Source: Thermodesulfobacteriota bacterium
Lineage (GTDB): Bacteria; Desulfobacterota; Desulfobacteria; Desulfobacterales; SURF-7
Assembly (NCBI GenBank): GCA_049320885.1
Contig: JBMORA010000029.1
Location: 32,001-96,000 of the forward strand
DNA length: 64,000 nucleotides
Direction of reading: 5' to 3'
Below, piece by piece: positions 18,565 to 30,673 of this stretch. Position numbers and translations under genes: made by a program. The number at the start of each line of letters is the position of its first letter. Position 1 is the stretch's first letter. The notes under the pieces are model-generated. The model searched no databases. It was given only the letters and a program-made list of their open reading frames with translations, and had not been told where the DNA came from.

Positions 18565-19944
18565 ATGGTCGAACCACGCATTCTGATAGTCGATGACAGC
18601 GCCGCGATCCGGAAAAGTCTGTCGCAGCTGTTGTCCCCCCTGAATGCCGTGATAGCGGAAGCGGAAAACGGAAGGGTGGCTTTCGATCAGGCCTGCGCCG
18701 CCCGGTTCGATCTGATTCTGACGGATATCGAAATGCCGGAGGTGAACGGAATCGAATTCTGCCGGATGTTGAAATCCAGGGAATCCACCTGCGGGATCCC
18801 GGTGGTGGTGGTCAGTTCCTTTGATTCCGACCGGGATGTGGACATGGGTTTCCAGGCGGGGGCCGCCGCCTATATCTCCAAAAACGACGCCAAGAATTGC
18901 CTGTTGGAAACCGTTGAAGGAATTCTGGATCGCTCCCGGTTCAAGCGCAGACAGCTGATTCTGGTCGTTGATGATTCAGCGGCCATCCGCCAGATGGTGG
19001 AAGCAAGGCTCACCGAAGAGGGCTTTCGGGTGATGACGGCCAAGAACGGCAAGGAAGCCCTGGGGCTTCTGGCCGACAACCGCCCGGATCTGATTGTCAG
19101 CGATCTGGACATGCCGGTCATGGACGGACTGGAATTTTGTGCGTTGCTGCACGCGGATTCCCGTTTTTCCAGCATTCCTTTTGTGGTGATGAGCGCCAAC
19201 AACAATCCCAGCTACATGCGGCGGATGATCCAGCACGGCGCGGCCACCTACCTGGTGAAACCGTTCAACATGGAAGAACTGTCCATTCTGATCGAAAAAA
19301 TCCTTTCGGACCAGTTTTTGTTGCTATTGAAGGAGAAAGAACGTCTCGATTCGGAAAGATACCTGATCATCGCCACGATCACCAGCCTGGTGGCGGCCCT
19401 GGAGGCGCGTGATGCCTATACCCGCGGCCATTCGGAACATGTCGGGGACATTGTCGCCGGCATGCTGTCCCTGGCCGGGGCCGAGCGGACCACTGTCGAA
19501 AACGCCATGCTGGGCGGGAAAATGCACGACATCGGTAAAATCGGCATACGCGACGACATTCTTCTGAAACCCGGACGACTCACCCAGCCGGAAAGAGCGA
19601 AAATCAACCAGCATCCGGTGATCGGCGCCGATATCCTGAAATCCATCCCCAGCCTTTCCAATATCATCTCCATTGTCCGGCACCACCATGAACGCATGGA
19701 TGGGAAGGGGTATCCGGCAGGGCTGAAGGGGGACAAAATTCCCTTGTGGGCCCGCATAACCGCCGTGGCCGATACCTATCATGCCTTGACCAGTGACCGG
19801 CCTTACCGGAATGCGGTTTCAGAGGAAAACGCCTTGCAGATCATCGCGGAGGTCAGTGGCAAGCAGCTTTGCCCTGAATGCGTGGAGTTGTTTTTTTCAT
19901 GGGTCAACATCAAGGCCAAGCCGATCAACAGACAGAAAGGCTGA
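18565..19944 (+). CDS. Response regulator with two receiver domains and an HD-GYP c-di-GMP phosphodiesterase domain
   Basis: ILIVDD/TDIEMP, ILVVDD/SDLDMP, HDIGK, HHHERMDGKGYP. Confidence 0.92.
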   Translation: MVEPRILIVDDSAAIRKSLSQLLSPLNAVIAEAENGRVAFDQACAARFDLILTDIEMPEVNGIEFCRMLKSRESTCGIPVVVVSSFDSDRDVDMGFQAGAAAYISKNDAKNCLLETVEGILDRSRFKRRQLILVVDDSAAIRQMVEARLTEEGFRVMTAKNGKEALGLLADNRPDLIVSDLDMPVMDGLEFCALLHADSRFSSIPFVVMSANNNPSYMRRMIQHGAATYLVKPFNMEELSILIEKILSDQFLLLLKEKERLDSERYLIIATITSLVAALEARDAYTRGHSEHVGDIVAGMLSLAGAERTTVENAMLGGKMHDIGKIGIRDDILLKPGRLTQPERAKINQHPVIGADILKSIPSLSNIISIVRHHHERMDGKGYPAGLKGDKIPLWARITAVADTYHALTSDRPYRNAVSEENALQIIAEVSGKQLCPECVELFFSWVNIKAKPINRQKG

Positions 19945-19979
19945 AAACGGAAACGATGAACGGAAGAGAGGATAACAAC

Positions 19980-20480
19980 ATGCGAGTCGGAATCGGGTAT
20001 GATGTTCACCGGCTGGTGGAAGGCCGCCGACTGGTGATCGGTGGCGTGACGATTCCTTTCGAGAAGGGGCTGTTGGGCCATTCGGACGCGGATGTCCTGG
20101 TTCACGCCGTCTGCGACGCCATTCTGGGGGCCGCCGGACTCGGCGATATCGGACTTTTTTTCCCGGACGACGATCCCCGGTTCAAAGACATCGACAGCCT
20201 CGAGTTGCTTGCCCGGTCGGTTGACATGGCGCGGAAACAGGGTTATTCGATCATCAATGTGGATTCCACGGTATTCGCCCAGGAACCGAAACTGATGCCC
20301 CACCGGGAATCCATGCGGAATAATCTGGGACGCGTATTGCATATCCGTCCGGAAAGAATTAATGTAAAAGCCACCACCACGGAAGGACTCGGATTGATCG
20401 GCGCGGGGGAGGGGATGGCGGCCATGTGCGTGGTCCTTTTGGGATATTCCGAACAGAACTCGATTGCAGAGAAAGAATGA
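19980..20480 (+). CDS. ispF: 2-C-methyl-D-erythritol 2,4-cyclodiphosphate synthase
   Basis: MRVGIGYDVH, GHSDADV, NVKATTTEGLG. Confidence 0.97.
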   Translation: MRVGIGYDVHRLVEGRRLVIGGVTIPFEKGLLGHSDADVLVHAVCDAILGAAGLGDIGLFFPDDDPRFKDIDSLELLARSVDMARKQGYSIINVDSTVFAQEPKLMPHRESMRNNLGRVLHIRPERINVKATTTEGLGLIGAGEGMAAMCVVLLGYSEQNSIAEKE

Positions 20481-21925
20481 TGACCATTCGAATTTACAAC
20501 TCGCTCACACGCAAAAAGGAAATCTTCGTACCGGTCCATCCGGGAAAGGTCGGCATGTATGTCTGCGGTCCCACCGTGTATGATTCCTGCCATATCGGTC
20601 ACGCCCGTTCGGTGGTTGTGTTTGACGTGATCGCGCGGTACTTCCGGTCCCAGGGATACGAGGTCACCTACATACGCAATTTCACGGATGTGGACGACAA
20701 GATCATTCAACGCGCCGCCCAGCTTGGAGTATCCACCACGGAAGTCGCTGAGAAATATATTGCCGAATTCCATGAAGACATGGATTCCCTGTATGTCGAA
20801 CGACCTACCCATGAACCCAGGGCCACGGATCATATCGAGGATATCGTCCGCATTATCAGCGAACTGGTCCGGAAAGAGTTGGCCTACGTCATCGATGGAG
20901 ATGTTTTTTTCCGGGTGACCGCTTTTGACCAATACGGAAAACTGTCCGGCAGGCGCCTGGAGGATATGGAAGCCGGCGCCAGAATCGATGTGGATTCCCG
21001 CAAACAGAATCCCTTCGACTTCGCCCTGTGGAAATCCGCCAAGCCCGGCGAACCGGCCTGGCAAAGTCCCTGGGGCAGCGGCCGGCCGGGCTGGCATATC
21101 GAATGCTCCGCCATGAGCAAACATTTCCTGGGGGACACCTTCGATATTCACGGGGGCGGAAAAGATTTGATTTTTCCCCATCATGAAAACGAAATCGCCC
21201 AATCCGAGGCGGCCCATGGAAAGGGATTCGCAAAATTCTGGATACACAATGGATTCGTGAACATCAACCATGAAAAAATGTCCAAATCCCTGGGAAATTT
21301 CAAGGTCATCCGGGAAGTCCTCAAAACCGTTCATCCGGAAGCGGTCCGCTTGTTCCTGTTGTCCCATCATTACCGCAATCCCATTGATTTTTCCGATAAA
21401 ACCATGATGGAAATTTCTTCCGGGCTGGACAAGCTATACACAACCCTGGAACGCCTCGACCAGCATCCGGCGGAATGGCCGGCAACCATGGAGCCCCTTG
21501 AAAACACAACCTGGCTGAAATTCCAGGAAGCCATGAATGATGATTTCAATACCGCCAAGGGGATCGGCATCCTCTTTGAAGCGGTTCAGCAGGTCAAACG
21601 CCTGCTGGATGGAAAGAACGAAGCCGATCCGGTTGCGACAGCCTCCCGACTGGCGTCCTTTTGTTCGGATATGCGGAAAATCGGCGGGATTCTGGGAATT
21701 TTTTCAGAGTCTCCCGGGGTCTATTTTCAAAAACGGGCAGCCCTGGCTGCCCGGGGGACCGATGTCGATGCGAACCGGGTCGAGGATCTGATCAAGGCCA
21801 GGGAAGCAGCCAGAAAGGCCAGAGACTGGGCCACCGCGGACCGAATCCGGGCCGAGCTGACCGCCATGGATGTCGTGCTCGAGGACCGGCCTGAGGGTAC
21901 GATCTGGCGAGTGGAAAAGTCGTAA
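20477..21925 (+). CDS. cysS: Cysteine--tRNA ligase
   Basis: [27 protein letters not shown]. Confidence 0.97.
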   Translation: MMTIRIYNSLTRKKEIFVPVHPGKVGMYVCGPTVYDSCHIGHARSVVVFDVIARYFRSQGYEVTYIRNFTDVDDKIIQRAAQLGVSTTEVAEKYIAEFHEDMDSLYVERPTHEPRATDHIEDIVRIISELVRKELAYVIDGDVFFRVTAFDQYGKLSGRRLEDMEAGARIDVDSRKQNPFDFALWKSAKPGEPAWQSPWGSGRPGWHIECSAMSKHFLGDTFDIHGGGKDLIFPHHENEIAQSEAAHGKGFAKFWIHNGFVNINHEKMSKSLGNFKVIREVLKTVHPEAVRLFLLSHHYRNPIDFSDKTMMEISSGLDKLYTTLERLDQHPAEWPATMEPLENTTWLKFQEAMNDDFNTAKGIGILFEAVQQVKRLLDGKNEADPVATASRLASFCSDMRKIGGILGIFSESPGVYFQKRAALAARGTDVDANRVEDLIKAREAARKARDWATADRIRAELTAMDVVLEDRPEGTIWRVEKS

Positions 21926-21936
21926 CCCGAATACCC

Positions 21937-23934
21937 ATGTCCATTTTCAAGATCGTTTCCCCTTTCAAACCTGCGGGTGACCAGCCCGGGGCCATTGCCT
22001 CCCTGGTGGACGGGATCCGGTCCGGCAGCCCCCATCAGGTCCTGCTGGGAGTGACCGGTTCCGGGAAAACCTTCACCATGGCCAATGTCATTGAACAGGT
22101 CCAGAAACCCAGTCTGGTCATTGCCCCGAACAAAACCCTGGCCGCCCAATTGTACAGCGAGTTCAAATCCCTGTTTCCGGAAAATGCCGTCGAGTATTTC
22201 GTCAGTTATTACGACTACTACCAGCCGGAGGCCTATATTCCTTCCAGCGACACCTATATCCAGAAAGACTCCTCCATCAACGAAATGATCGATAAAATGC
22301 GGCATTCGGCCACCCGGTCCGTGCTGTCGCGCAACGATGTGCTCGTTGTCGCCAGCGTATCCTGCATTTACGGTCTCGGAGCCCCGGAAGATTACCTGGC
22401 CATGCGGATTGAACTGGAAAACGGCATGGAGCTATCCCGGGAGAAACTCCTGTCCGATCTGGTGGCCATGCAGTATGAACGCAACGACATCGATTTTTGC
22501 CGCGGGGTTTTCCGGGTCCGGGGGGACCGGGTTGAGATTTTTCCGGCCTATGAAGAAGACCGCGCTGTCCGGGTGGAATTTTTCGGTGATGAAATCGAGA
22601 GCCTGGCGGAAATCGACCCCCTGCGGGGCACGCTTCTGCGACGCTTGCCCCGGACCGTCATCTTTCCGGCCAGCCATTATGTAACCCAGCGTCAAACCCG
22701 TGAAAGGGCCATTGAAACCATCGTTGAGGAACTGAAGGGCCGCATCGATTTCTTCCGGAACGCCAACAAGCTGATCGAGGCCCAGCGCATTGAGGAGCGC
22801 ACCCATTTCGATCTCGAAATGATGCAGGAGATCGGGTATTGCAACGGAATCGAAAACTATGCCCGTCACCTCACCGGCAGAAAACCCGGGGAGCCTCCGC
22901 CCACCCTGCTGGATTATTATCCGGAGGAGTATTTGCTGTTCATCGATGAAAGCCATATCACGATTCCCCAGCTGCATGCCATGTACAAGGGGGACCGCTC
23001 CCGCAAGGAAACCCTGGTGGAATTCGGGTTCAGACTTCCGTCGGCCCTGGACAACCGGCCGCTGAGATTCGATGAATTCTCCGAAAAAGCGCGCCGGACC
23101 ATTTATGTTTCCGCCACTCCGGCGGACTATGAGTTGTCGCGATCCAACCGGAAACCCGTGGAACAGATCGCCAGGCCCACCGGTTTGATGGATCCGCAAA
23201 TTGAGGTCAGGCCGGCCAAAAACCAGGTGGATGATCTGCTGAATGAAATTCAGGTGCGGATCTCCCGCAATGAACGCGTGCTGGTCACGACCCTGACCAA
23301 ACGCATGGCGGAGGATTTGACCGACTACTATGCGGACATCGGGCTCCAGGTCCGTTACCTGCATTCGGATATCAAGACCATGGAACGGATGGAGATCATC
23401 CGCGATCTGCGCATCGGTTCCTTCCATGTGCTCATCGGCATCAATCTGCTCCGCGAAGGGCTCGATATCCCGGAAGTATCCCTGGTGGCCGTCATGGATG
23501 CGGACAAGGAAGGGTTCCTGCGTTCCGCGCGTTCTCTGATACAAACCTGTGGTCGGGCCGCCAGGAATGTCAACGGGATGGTGATCATGTATGCGGATAA
23601 TTTCACGGAGTCCATGCGCCGGGCCATCGAGGAGACCGAACGGCGGCGAAAAATTCAGGCGGAGTACAACACCGTGCACCGGATCACCCCGGAGAGCATC
23701 CGCAAGGACATTCCGGTCTCCTATCTGACCATCTCGGGAATCGAACAAACGGAACCTGCGGCCGTGGCCGAATCCGCGGCGGTATACGAAATGACGGAAG
23801 ACGAGATCACCGCCCGGATCACGGAAATGGAGCAGGAGATGCGCCGGGCCGCCGGGGACCTCGAGTTTGAAAAAGCGGCCGCGATCCGGGACCGGATCCG
23901 CAAGTTGCAGCAACTGCTGGTATTTGACTTTTAA
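21937..23934 (+). CDS. uvrB: Excinuclease ABC subunit B
   Basis: [25 protein letters not shown]-terminal UVR coil. Confidence 0.98.
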   Translation: MSIFKIVSPFKPAGDQPGAIASLVDGIRSGSPHQVLLGVTGSGKTFTMANVIEQVQKPSLVIAPNKTLAAQLYSEFKSLFPENAVEYFVSYYDYYQPEAYIPSSDTYIQKDSSINEMIDKMRHSATRSVLSRNDVLVVASVSCIYGLGAPEDYLAMRIELENGMELSREKLLSDLVAMQYERNDIDFCRGVFRVRGDRVEIFPAYEEDRAVRVEFFGDEIESLAEIDPLRGTLLRRLPRTVIFPASHYVTQRQTRERAIETIVEELKGRIDFFRNANKLIEAQRIEERTHFDLEMMQEIGYCNGIENYARHLTGRKPGEPPPTLLDYYPEEYLLFIDESHITIPQLHAMYKGDRSRKETLVEFGFRLPSALDNRPLRFDEFSEKARRTIYVSATPADYELSRSNRKPVEQIARPTGLMDPQIEVRPAKNQVDDLLNEIQVRISRNERVLVTTLTKRMAEDLTDYYADIGLQVRYLHSDIKTMERMEIIRDLRIGSFHVLIGINLLREGLDIPEVSLVAVMDADKEGFLRSARSLIQTCGRAARNVNGMVIMYADNFTESMRRAIEETERRRKIQAEYNTVHRITPESIRKDIPVSYLTISGIEQTEPAAVAESAAVYEMTEDEITARITEMEQEMRRAAGDLEFEKAAAIRDRIRKLQQLLVFDF

Positions 23935-23954
23935 CCAAACCACGATTTCTCACC

Positions 23955-25823
23955 ATGGACATGGAATCCGACCAAGGCGATCATGAAAACCGGCTGAAGG
24001 ACCTGCTGCAGAAGGCGCCGGCCAAGCCCGGCGTCTATCTCATGAAAAACCGCAAAGGGCAGGTCATCTATGTGGGCAAAGCCAAGGATTTGAGGCGACG
24101 ATTGACCTCGTATTTCGTCCGCAAAGAAATGCCGGATCTGAAAACGACGGTGCTGGTTCAGCAGGTGGCCGAGCTGGAAACCATCGTCACGGCTTCCGAA
24201 AAGGAAGCCCTGATTCTGGAATCCAACCTGATCAAAAAACTCCGCCCGCGCTACAACGTCATTTTGAAAGATGATAAGCGCTACCCCTCGCTGCGGTTGA
24301 ACACGGAAGAGCCCTATCCGTATTTATCCATCGTCCGGAAAATCAAAAACGACGGCGGCCTGGTTTTCGGTCCCTACACCTCGTCCGCGGCGGTGGGCAA
24401 AACCCTGAAACTGATCAACCGGACCTTCAAGCTGCGGAAATGCCGCACCCGGGCATTTGCGGGCAGGACCAGGCCCTGTCTGAACTACCAGATGGGCACC
24501 TGCTTGGGGCCCTGTTGCCTGCCGGTGGATCCGGCGGAGTATCAAACGATCGTGGACGAGGTGGTGCTGTTTTTATCCGGGCGCACGCCCGCGCTGATCA
24601 AGAACATCAAAGAGGCCATGCTCGCGGCGGCGGCCGATGAAGACTATGAACGCGCCGTTGTTCTGCGGGACAAGATGTTCGCCCTGGAAAAAACCCTGGA
24701 AAAGCAGGCGGCCGTTTCCACCGATTTCGCCGATCGCGATGTTGTGGCCGTCGCCGGCGATTTTGAAACCCGCGTCCTGACCATCCTGTTTGTGCGGGGA
24801 GGATTTATCCAGGGAATCCGGCATTTCGTGTTCAAAGAGAGTCTGGCGGGCGATCCGGAGCTGATGGAAGCCTTCGTGCGCCAATTTTATGAACAGGCGC
24901 AATTCATTCCGAGGGAAATACTGGTCACGGTTCTACCGGAAAACCCATCCCTGGTGGAAGATTGGCTGCACATGGCCAAAGGGAAAAAAGTGCGCCTGCT
25001 TTCGCCCCAGCGGGGGGACAAGAAAATGATTCTTCGCCTGGCGCTGGAAAACGCGGCGAAGGAACAACGCCAGTTGACGGATACCGACCATTCCCTACAG
25101 AAATTGTTGGAGCGCCTGCAACACAAACTGATGCTGCCGAGGATGCCGGAACGGATAGAGTGTTTTGACAATTCGACCCTGGCCGGCAGCTCGCCGGTGG
25201 CCGGCATGGTCGTCTATCACAACGGCAGGGCCGATAAGCATTCCTATCGACGATACCGCCTGCGGAACATCACCGTTCCGGACGATTACGCTTCCATGCA
25301 GGAAGTGATGCAACGGCGCTTCGGTCATCGAAAACCCGGAGAACCCTTGCCAGACTTGTTGCTGGTGGACGGAGGCAGAGGCCAGCTGGGAGTGGTCTGT
25401 TCCCTATTGACGGAATTCGGCTTGAACCATCTGGTGCCGGCCGCCGGCATTGCCAAAAAAGAGGCCCGGAAAGGAGAAACCGAAGACAAGGTGTATCTTC
25501 CCGGCAGATCCAATCCCATCGGCTTCGGCCTGGAAAAAGATTTATTGCTGTTTCTGCAACAGATCCGGGACGAGGCCCACCGGTTTGCCATCAGCTTCCA
25601 TCATCAGCGGCGATCGACGGTTTCCCTCCGTTCGGTCCTGGATGATATCCCCGGCGTCGGACCTAAACGCAAGAAAATGCTGCTGCGGCATTTCGGCAGC
25701 CTTGAAAAAATCCGGGCGGCGACTCCGGAAGAGATCGGAGCGCTGCCCGGTATGAGCGTTAGCCTGGCGGAAACCATTTTGGAAGCCCTGGGCCGGAATA
25801 AGCGGTCGCAGACCAAGGATTGA
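23955..25823 (+). CDS. uvrC: Excinuclease ABC subunit C
   Basis: GIY-YIG (PGVYLM..YVGKAK), RIECFDNS, RDEAHRFA, HhH. Confidence 0.97.
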   Translation: MDMESDQGDHENRLKDLLQKAPAKPGVYLMKNRKGQVIYVGKAKDLRRRLTSYFVRKEMPDLKTTVLVQQVAELETIVTASEKEALILESNLIKKLRPRYNVILKDDKRYPSLRLNTEEPYPYLSIVRKIKNDGGLVFGPYTSSAAVGKTLKLINRTFKLRKCRTRAFAGRTRPCLNYQMGTCLGPCCLPVDPAEYQTIVDEVVLFLSGRTPALIKNIKEAMLAAAADEDYERAVVLRDKMFALEKTLEKQAAVSTDFADRDVVAVAGDFETRVLTILFVRGGFIQGIRHFVFKESLAGDPELMEAFVRQFYEQAQFIPREILVTVLPENPSLVEDWLHMAKGKKVRLLSPQRGDKKMILRLALENAAKEQRQLTDTDHSLQKLLERLQHKLMLPRMPERIECFDNSTLAGSSPVAGMVVYHNGRADKHSYRRYRLRNITVPDDYASMQEVMQRRFGHRKPGEPLPDLLLVDGGRGQLGVVCSLLTEFGLNHLVPAAGIAKKEARKGETEDKVYLPGRSNPIGFGLEKDLLLFLQQIRDEAHRFAISFHHQRRSTVSLRSVLDDIPGVGPKRKKMLLRHFGSLEKIRAATPEEIGALPGMSVSLAETILEALGRNKRSQTKD

Positions 25824-25840
25824 AGGCTCAACCGCCTGCT

Positions 25841-26830
<990 letters not shown>

Positions 26831-27063
26831 TTATCCATAAATTCCGGGTTCCTGGACGTTACCACAGCCGCCGGGATAAAGCAACCGGTTACCCTCTGTT
26901 TGATCGTGGAGCGACAGGGTGAACCTCATTTATTTATATGAATGAAATCAAGTAACAATAATTCAGCAGAAGGGGGTCAAGGCACCGGACAGGGCACCAG
27001 GATGAGGATTGCAGAAAAATTATCGAAAAGCGAAGGATTCTTGCCATTTAAGACTTTCAAATG

Positions 27064-27092
27064 TTGACATCCCGTGTAAAAAAAAATATAGA
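27064..27092 (+). promoter_or_regulatory. Candidate sigma70 promoter upstream of the MglA module
   Basis: TTGACA-17 nt-TATAGA; the spacer contains an A9 run. Confidence 0.4.
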
Positions 27093-27265
27093 TAACAATC
27101 ACGCCAAGCCATTATTGGGTGCCAATGATTAATATTGTTTCTATGATTATAGTATGTTATAAGTAAAATCGGGCCGATGGCGGAAGCGGCATCAAGACGG
27201 GGAATGGCGATGGTTCAATTCAATGAGAATGCAGTGACGGCTGAAAGCGTTTCGAGGAATATGCA

Positions 27266-28177
27266 ATGACGAAAAAAATCAAAGCACTTTTGCAGCAGGC
27301 GGAGCTGTTTCGAAAACAGGGATTACTTGGTGATGCCCGGAAGCGCTACAAACTCGTAGAAGAAATGATCACCAAAAGCAGCAACTTGCCGAACAAAGAA
27401 AAATTGCTGGAAGGGCTTGCCAAAAAACTCGCTGCCCTGGATGATGATGTAAAAGCGGTTGAAAGCGCGCCTTCAACGCCGGAAATGTCCAGTCATGTAA
27501 ATGAACTGATCAAAAAATTGTTTTCCTTCGCCGCCAAAGACAAGGATGAAAATGACGCGGCTCTGGAGGGCGCCATCGCCCTGGCCAAATTCGGACAATT
27601 TGACGGCGCTCTGGAGGAATTCCATAAATTACTTCAAGTCATTTCGGTCCGGGTGGCTGCTGCTAAAAATATCCTGAGATGTCATCTGGAAATGGGCAAT
27701 CAAGAGGCCGCGCATTCGCAATTGGCCCAGTGGAAGGGGAGCGATCTTTTTTCCCAGGATCAATTTGAAAAAGTCACGGCTTTCTTTGAGGATATTCTGG
27801 ACAAAAAAGGCCTGAAGAAAGAAGCGCCGCCGGTTCCCGAGCCGGCCACCGAGACCCCGGGCATGGAAGAAGATGAAGAGGAAGAATTCCTCGACATCAG
27901 CGCCGTGGCGATTACATTTGACAGCGGGCCCCATAAGGGAGAGCAGGTGGAACTCGATGTCAGTTTTCAGTCCGGCAACGTGATCAGCCTGATCATTTCA
28001 AGCCGGGACGAGCATCTGATTGAAAGCCTGAAAGTCGGCGTCAGGCTGGATGATGTTCATTTCTATTCTCCAGTGGCCATTTTCAGGGGCTCCGGGGTTG
28101 TTTCTGCAAAAACACAGATTAAATCAGGACCTAAAAAAGGGGATTTCAGCATTGATATAAAAATTGAAAGCCTGTGA
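27266..28177 (+). CDS. Hypothetical protein: TPR-like helical region, acidic linker, beta-rich (possibly PilZ-like) C-terminus
   Basis: Long ORF with GAGG RBS; AIALAKFGQFDGALEEF is TPR-like; EEDEEEEF linker. Confidence 0.6.
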   Translation: MTKKIKALLQQAELFRKQGLLGDARKRYKLVEEMITKSSNLPNKEKLLEGLAKKLAALDDDVKAVESAPSTPEMSSHVNELIKKLFSFAAKDKDENDAALEGAIALAKFGQFDGALEEFHKLLQVISVRVAAAKNILRCHLEMGNQEAAHSQLAQWKGSDLFSQDQFEKVTAFFEDILDKKGLKKEAPPVPEPATETPGMEEDEEEEFLDISAVAITFDSGPHKGEQVELDVSFQSGNVISLIISSRDEHLIESLKVGVRLDDVHFYSPVAIFRGSGVVSAKTQIKSGPKKGDFSIDIKIESL

Positions 28178-28329
28178 GAAAACGGCTCCGTCATTCGGTG
28201 CCTTTTCTGGAAGAGCCATGTTTGTATGGAAAAAAGAAGGCATGCATGTGGATGATCCTTTTATAATCCTGCAAAATATGATAGCCTGGCAACAATACTT
28301 GTGGACAGGGATTTGGAGCTGAAACACAT

Positions 28330-28944
28330 ATGGCCGTTTTCAATATCAAAAAGCGCGAGATTGAATGCAAAATCGTCTACTATGGCCCGGGCAGATGCGG
28401 AAAAACAAGCAATCTCGAATATGTATTCAAGACATATAAAAAGCAGGTGGAAGGAGAAATGGTTTCGATCAATACCGAGGGTGATCGAACCCTTTTTTTT
28501 GACTTTCTGCCCATGGATCTGGGGAAAATCAAAGGGTGTGATGTCAGGGTGCAGTTGTTTACGGTTCCGGGGCAGGTGCAGTATGCATCGACCCGAAAAC
28601 TGGTTTTACGCGGAGTTGACGGCATTGTTTTCGTGGCGGATTCCCTCGACGTCCGGCGGGAAAAAAACATGCTGTCCCTGAAAGATCTGCAACAAAACTT
28701 GAAAGACTACGGTTTGAATATTTTCAAGGTACCCCTCGTCATGCAATATAACAAACGCGATCTCGCCGATGAGGGGATTCCGATCATGCCGCTGGAAAAA
28801 ATGGAGAAGGATCTCAACCGACAGTTGAAGGTCCCCTCCTTTCCCGCAAGTGCGGTTAAAGGGGAGGGCGTCGGCAAAACTCTCCAGGAATGTCTGAAAA
28901 TGACCCTGCAGTCACTACAAAAACAATTCAGCTGGGCACAATAA
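28330..28944 (+). CDS. mglA: MglA-family small Ras-like GTPase
   Basis: REIECKIVYYGPGRCGKT, DRTLFFDFLP, TVPGQ, GVDGIVFVADS, YNKRD. Confidence 0.92.
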   Translation: MAVFNIKKREIECKIVYYGPGRCGKTSNLEYVFKTYKKQVEGEMVSINTEGDRTLFFDFLPMDLGKIKGCDVRVQLFTVPGQVQYASTRKLVLRGVDGIVFVADSLDVRREKNMLSLKDLQQNLKDYGLNIFKVPLVMQYNKRDLADEGIPIMPLEKMEKDLNRQLKVPSFPASAVKGEGVGKTLQECLKMTLQSLQKQFSWAQ

Positions 28945-28951
28945 AAAAGGA

Positions 28952-30127
28952 ATGATGAAAAGCAGCTTCGCACTTGCCGGTTCGTTGGATTTCCTAAACC
29001 TGGGGGAATTGTTTCAGCTTCTCGGGGCGAACAACAGCACCGGTACGCTACGGATTATCAGCCGATATAAAGAAGAACCCGGTATCGTCTATTTCCAGAA
29101 GGGCAATCCCATCAATGCAACCGCCTCGGGCCTTTCCGGCCTGGAAGCCATTTATTCGTTGTTCGGATGGTCCGACGGTGAATTCGAATTCGTGCGTGAA
29201 CCGGTTGACCATAAAGTCGTTATCAAAAAGAACCGGATGGAAATCACCTTGGAAGGCATGAAAATGCTGGATGAAGGGCTGATCAGCCGGGTCGGACCCG
29301 TTTCCTTGGACAAACAACCCAGAATTCAGCTGGAAGGGGACGTCTCTCCCCTGGCGATTGTAAAGGGCCCCCTGGTGGATTATATGTATGTGGCGGACGA
29401 GGAAGATTATGCCGCCGGTGAAACCATCGTCAAACAAGGCCGCCATGGGAACTGGATCTGGGTGGTTCTGGACGGGATATTGGAAATCCGCAAGGAAACG
29501 CCGGGCGGCCAAGTTCCCATTCTTCGCATCGGTATCGGTTCCTTCATCGGCAGCATCGCATCCTTTTTAACCCAGGGAAGCGTGCGCGCCACAACGGTTG
29601 TCGCCATAACGAATGTGCAACTCGGGGTGCTCGATTCCCAACGCATTTCAAGAGAGAACGCCCTGTTTTCGGAAAATTTCAAGAAAATCGTCAAAAGCCT
29701 GGACAAGCGTTACAAACAATGCACGAATCTGGCTACGGACATTCGCCAGAAAAAACGCAAGACAGATGATTTTCTGGTGGGCAAGGAGCCGCTGATCCGG
29801 GAAGGGGAAAGCAAGGACGGACTTTTTCTGGTGGAACAGGGAAATGCATATGTCGCCAGAAAGACAGACAGGGGGTACCTCCCCCTCGCCCGGATAGAAG
29901 AAGGGGATTTCATCGGCCAGATGTCATTTCTTCAATTGGGTCATGAACCCAATTCGGCGGCAGTCTTCGCTTCCGAGGATTTGCAGCTGAAACAGCTTTC
30001 CAAGGAGGAAATCCAAAAAGAATACGAAGAGTTGTCTGTAACCATGAAAAATCTGATAGAAAACACGGCCACATCCATTTCAGCGCTGACAAAAACGACC
30101 TGCGATATGTACCTGAAAATCCGGTAG
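28952..30127 (+). CDS. DUF4388 domain plus two cyclic-nucleotide-binding (cNMP) domains
   Basis: LAGSLDFLNLGELFQLL..WSDGEFEF; GETIVKQG..GSFIG..RATTVVA; LIREGE..GDFIGQ. Confidence 0.8.
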   Translation: MMKSSFALAGSLDFLNLGELFQLLGANNSTGTLRIISRYKEEPGIVYFQKGNPINATASGLSGLEAIYSLFGWSDGEFEFVREPVDHKVVIKKNRMEITLEGMKMLDEGLISRVGPVSLDKQPRIQLEGDVSPLAIVKGPLVDYMYVADEEDYAAGETIVKQGRHGNWIWVVLDGILEIRKETPGGQVPILRIGIGSFIGSIASFLTQGSVRATTVVAITNVQLGVLDSQRISRENALFSENFKKIVKSLDKRYKQCTNLATDIRQKKRKTDDFLVGKEPLIREGESKDGLFLVEQGNAYVARKTDRGYLPLARIEEGDFIGQMSFLQLGHEPNSAAVFASEDLQLKQLSKEEIQKEYEELSVTMKNLIENTATSISALTKTTCDMYLKIR

Positions 30128-30160
30128 TGATCTGATCCATTGGCTTCGTAACAGGGAGTG

Positions 30161-30538
30161 ATGAGCATGAAGAAATTCATCGGGAGAAAACATGAAAGAA
30201 TCAATTCACTGAACCTGTTGAACTATTCCTGCGTGGATCAGAAAACCGAACAGATTATCCAGGGGATGGGCAGGACCTTGAATGTCAGTCAGGGAGGAAT
30301 CCTGCTGGAAACACGTGTACCGATGTACTCCCATTATTCCGTGGCCCTGACCATCGGGCTGGAAGATGAAATGATCGACATCGACGGCCAGGTGATCTAT
30401 TGCCGGGAAGGCGGCAAGGGGAAATATGAGTCCGGCATCGAATTCAAGAACATCAATGAAACCTCCCTGCGAATCTTGAACAAATATATCGTCGCATTCC
30501 GGGAACACCAGAAAAAAACCGGTGGGTCCGAATCCTGA
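30161..30538 (+). CDS. Stand-alone PilZ-domain protein
   Basis: RKHER (RxxxR) and NVSQGG ([D/N]xSxxG) motifs, plus GIEF. Confidence 0.88.
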   Translation: MSMKKFIGRKHERINSLNLLNYSCVDQKTEQIIQGMGRTLNVSQGGILLETRVPMYSHYSVALTIGLEDEMIDIDGQVIYCREGGKGKYESGIEFKNINETSLRILNKYIVAFREHQKKTGGSES

Positions 30539-30673
30539 GGATTCCCGGGTTCGCCGCTGCGGAACCGGATGAATCATCGGTAACCATCTTCCCAATTCAA
30601 GACCGACAGGTCATTGCTCGCGATTCAGCGGGCGATCTGGAATTATAATAAATAGCGGGGGACTGGCAAAACC

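Noticed and set aside
22432..23943. Long antisense ORFs (503 aa opposite uvrB; also 14204..15730, 49523..51235, 58880..60247, 4547..5779, 40037..41284)
   Set aside because: Shadow frames of well-supported genes in GC-rich DNA, with no recognisable motifs.
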